Shown here: piece by piece, positions 63,213 through 64,000 of the stretch
Layout: every line of letters begins with the position of its first letter
Numbering within the stretch: position 1 is the stretch's first letter
Source: an uncultured Candidatus Cloacimonadota bacterium
GTDB lineage: Bacteria > Cloacimonadota > Cloacimonadia > Cloacimonadales > TCS61
Assembly (NCBI GenBank): GCA_964521025.1
Contig: CAZFPK010000001.1
Span: 26,644-90,643, forward strand
Direction of reading: 5' to 3'
Length of the DNA: 64,000 nucleotides
Translations under genes and position numbers: made by a program
The notes under the pieces: generated by a model
The model's input: the letters and a program-made list of their open reading frames with translations, nothing else
Databases searched by the model: none
Told to the model about the DNA's origin: nothing

Positions 63213-63947
63213 ATGAATCCCAAAGCAATCATTTTCGACATGGATGGAGTTTTGCTGAACAGCGAACCCATCTACTATGAAGTACAAATGAAATTCTTCG
63301 GGGAACTTGGAATAAATGTTTCCAATGACGAATACGCATCTTTTGTCGGACTATCCCAAACGGAAATGTGGAAAAGGATCATCGAAAAATTAAGCTCGAC
63401 TTGCTACGAAGTGCGAGTTGAGCCTGATTTAAGAAAACAAACCAAAGATCAGAGAGTTGAGTCTGATTTTTGGGAAAAACCTCGAAAGATTAAATTAGAA
63501 GAAATCATAAAAATCAACAACCAAAGAAATTACGAACATTTTCAAAAGTTAGAAAATCTAAAACCAACTCCCGGTTTGATCAAATTCATCATAGATTTAA
63601 AAAATAAGAGTGTGAAAACAGCAGTTGCATCTTCGACTTCTAAAAGATTGGTTAATTTGATTTTAAAGAAATTAAACATAAAACTCTTCTTTAAAGTTAT
63701 CGTTAGCGGAAATGATATCAAAAACGGGAAACCTGCTCCTGATATTTTCCTGAAAACTGCTGAATTTTTAAAAGTGCATCCGCAAGAATGTCTGGTCATC
63801 GAGGACTCACTTAATGGAGTAAAAGCTGCGAAATCTGCCGGTATGATCTGTGTTGGATTTGATAAATTCAATAATGGAAAGCAGGATCTTTCGGAAGCGG
63901 ATTTGATTGTTGATGATTTTAATAAACTCACCCTAACCCTCTCTTGA
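63213..63947 (+). CDS. HAD-superfamily hydrolase (beta-phosphoglucomutase/phosphatase-like, subfamily IA)
   Basis: Start ATG 63213. Motif I IIFDMDGVLLNSE, motif II ..AVASST.., motif III/IV ..KPAPDIFL..VIEDSLNGVKAAKSAGM.. The cap region carries an extra charged insert. The last 6 codons lie in the dispersed repeat. Confidence 0.8.
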   Translation: MNPKAIIFDMDGVLLNSEPIYYEVQMKFFGELGINVSNDEYASFVGLSQTEMWKRIIEKLSSTCYEVRVEPDLRKQTKDQRVESDFWEKPRKIKLEEIIKINNQRNYEHFQKLENLKPTPGLIKFIIDLKNKSVKTAVASSTSKRLVNLILKKLNIKLFFKVIVSGNDIKNGKPAPDIFLKTAEFLKVHPQECLVIEDSLNGVKAAKSAGMICVGFDKFNNGKQDLSEADLIVDDFNKLTLTLS

Positions 63948-63985
63948 GAAGAGAGGGAATAAAAAGGAAAATATGTCATTCTGAG
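63925..63985. repeat. Dispersed hairpin repeat overlapping a CDS 3' end (pair with 55416..55470)
   Basis: See 55416..55470. It supplies ..KLTLTLS* to the HAD gene exactly as the other copy does to the ycaQ-like gene. Confidence 0.85.
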
Positions 63986-64000
63986 TTCTCTTCCTGCTAA

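Overview
AT-rich bacterial chromosomal window using the standard code (TGA, TAA and TAG all end well-supported genes). T9SS-type C-terminal sorting domains, TAnnTTTG-like promoter boxes and the gene content suggest an uncultivated FCB-group lineage such as Cloacimonadota, but this is tentative. No rRNA, CRISPR array, transposase, integrase or phage gene was recognised.

Layout:
- 1-14.4 kb: one minus-strand, translationally coupled surface-polysaccharide operon. It holds a GT-C enzyme, a Wzx flippase, four or five GT-B transferases, a WecA-like initiating transferase and two deacetylase-like paralogs. A secreted beta-propeller/T9SS-CTD gene sits inside it.
- 14.5-17.5 kb: tRNA-Lys(CUU) and ppdK.
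- 17.8-31.7 kb: an accessory-looking regulatory/secretion island. Two paralogous cassettes (ECF-like sigma with a C-terminal extension, an orphan receiver and a family of mini-proteins) bracket beta-helix T9SS-cargo genes. A PAS-GAF kinase/receiver pair and a csp gene follow.
- 32-43.5 kb: a decayed L,D-transpeptidase, murJ, uvrC, two large orphan HisKA_2 kinases and a beta-helix protein.
- 43.7-51 kb: an envelope/ribosome-maturation block (LysM, pgpH, ybeY, corC-like, VanZ) flanked by inverted copies of a dual-hairpin repeat.
- 51-64 kb: a DapA-like protein lacking the catalytic residues, YjbR/YcaQ, a TAXI-TRAP transporter split by an insertion (transglutaminase-like gene, hicB and a hicA remnant), a serpin and a HAD hydrolase.

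Intergenic DNA is saturated with several families of short hairpin repeats, some reaching into coding 3' ends. At least five genes carry indel-type disruptions, mostly at homopolymers.

Best candidate for an undescribed system: the duplicated sigma/receiver/mini-protein module next to T9SS cargo, possibly wired to the orphan HisKA_2 kinases.
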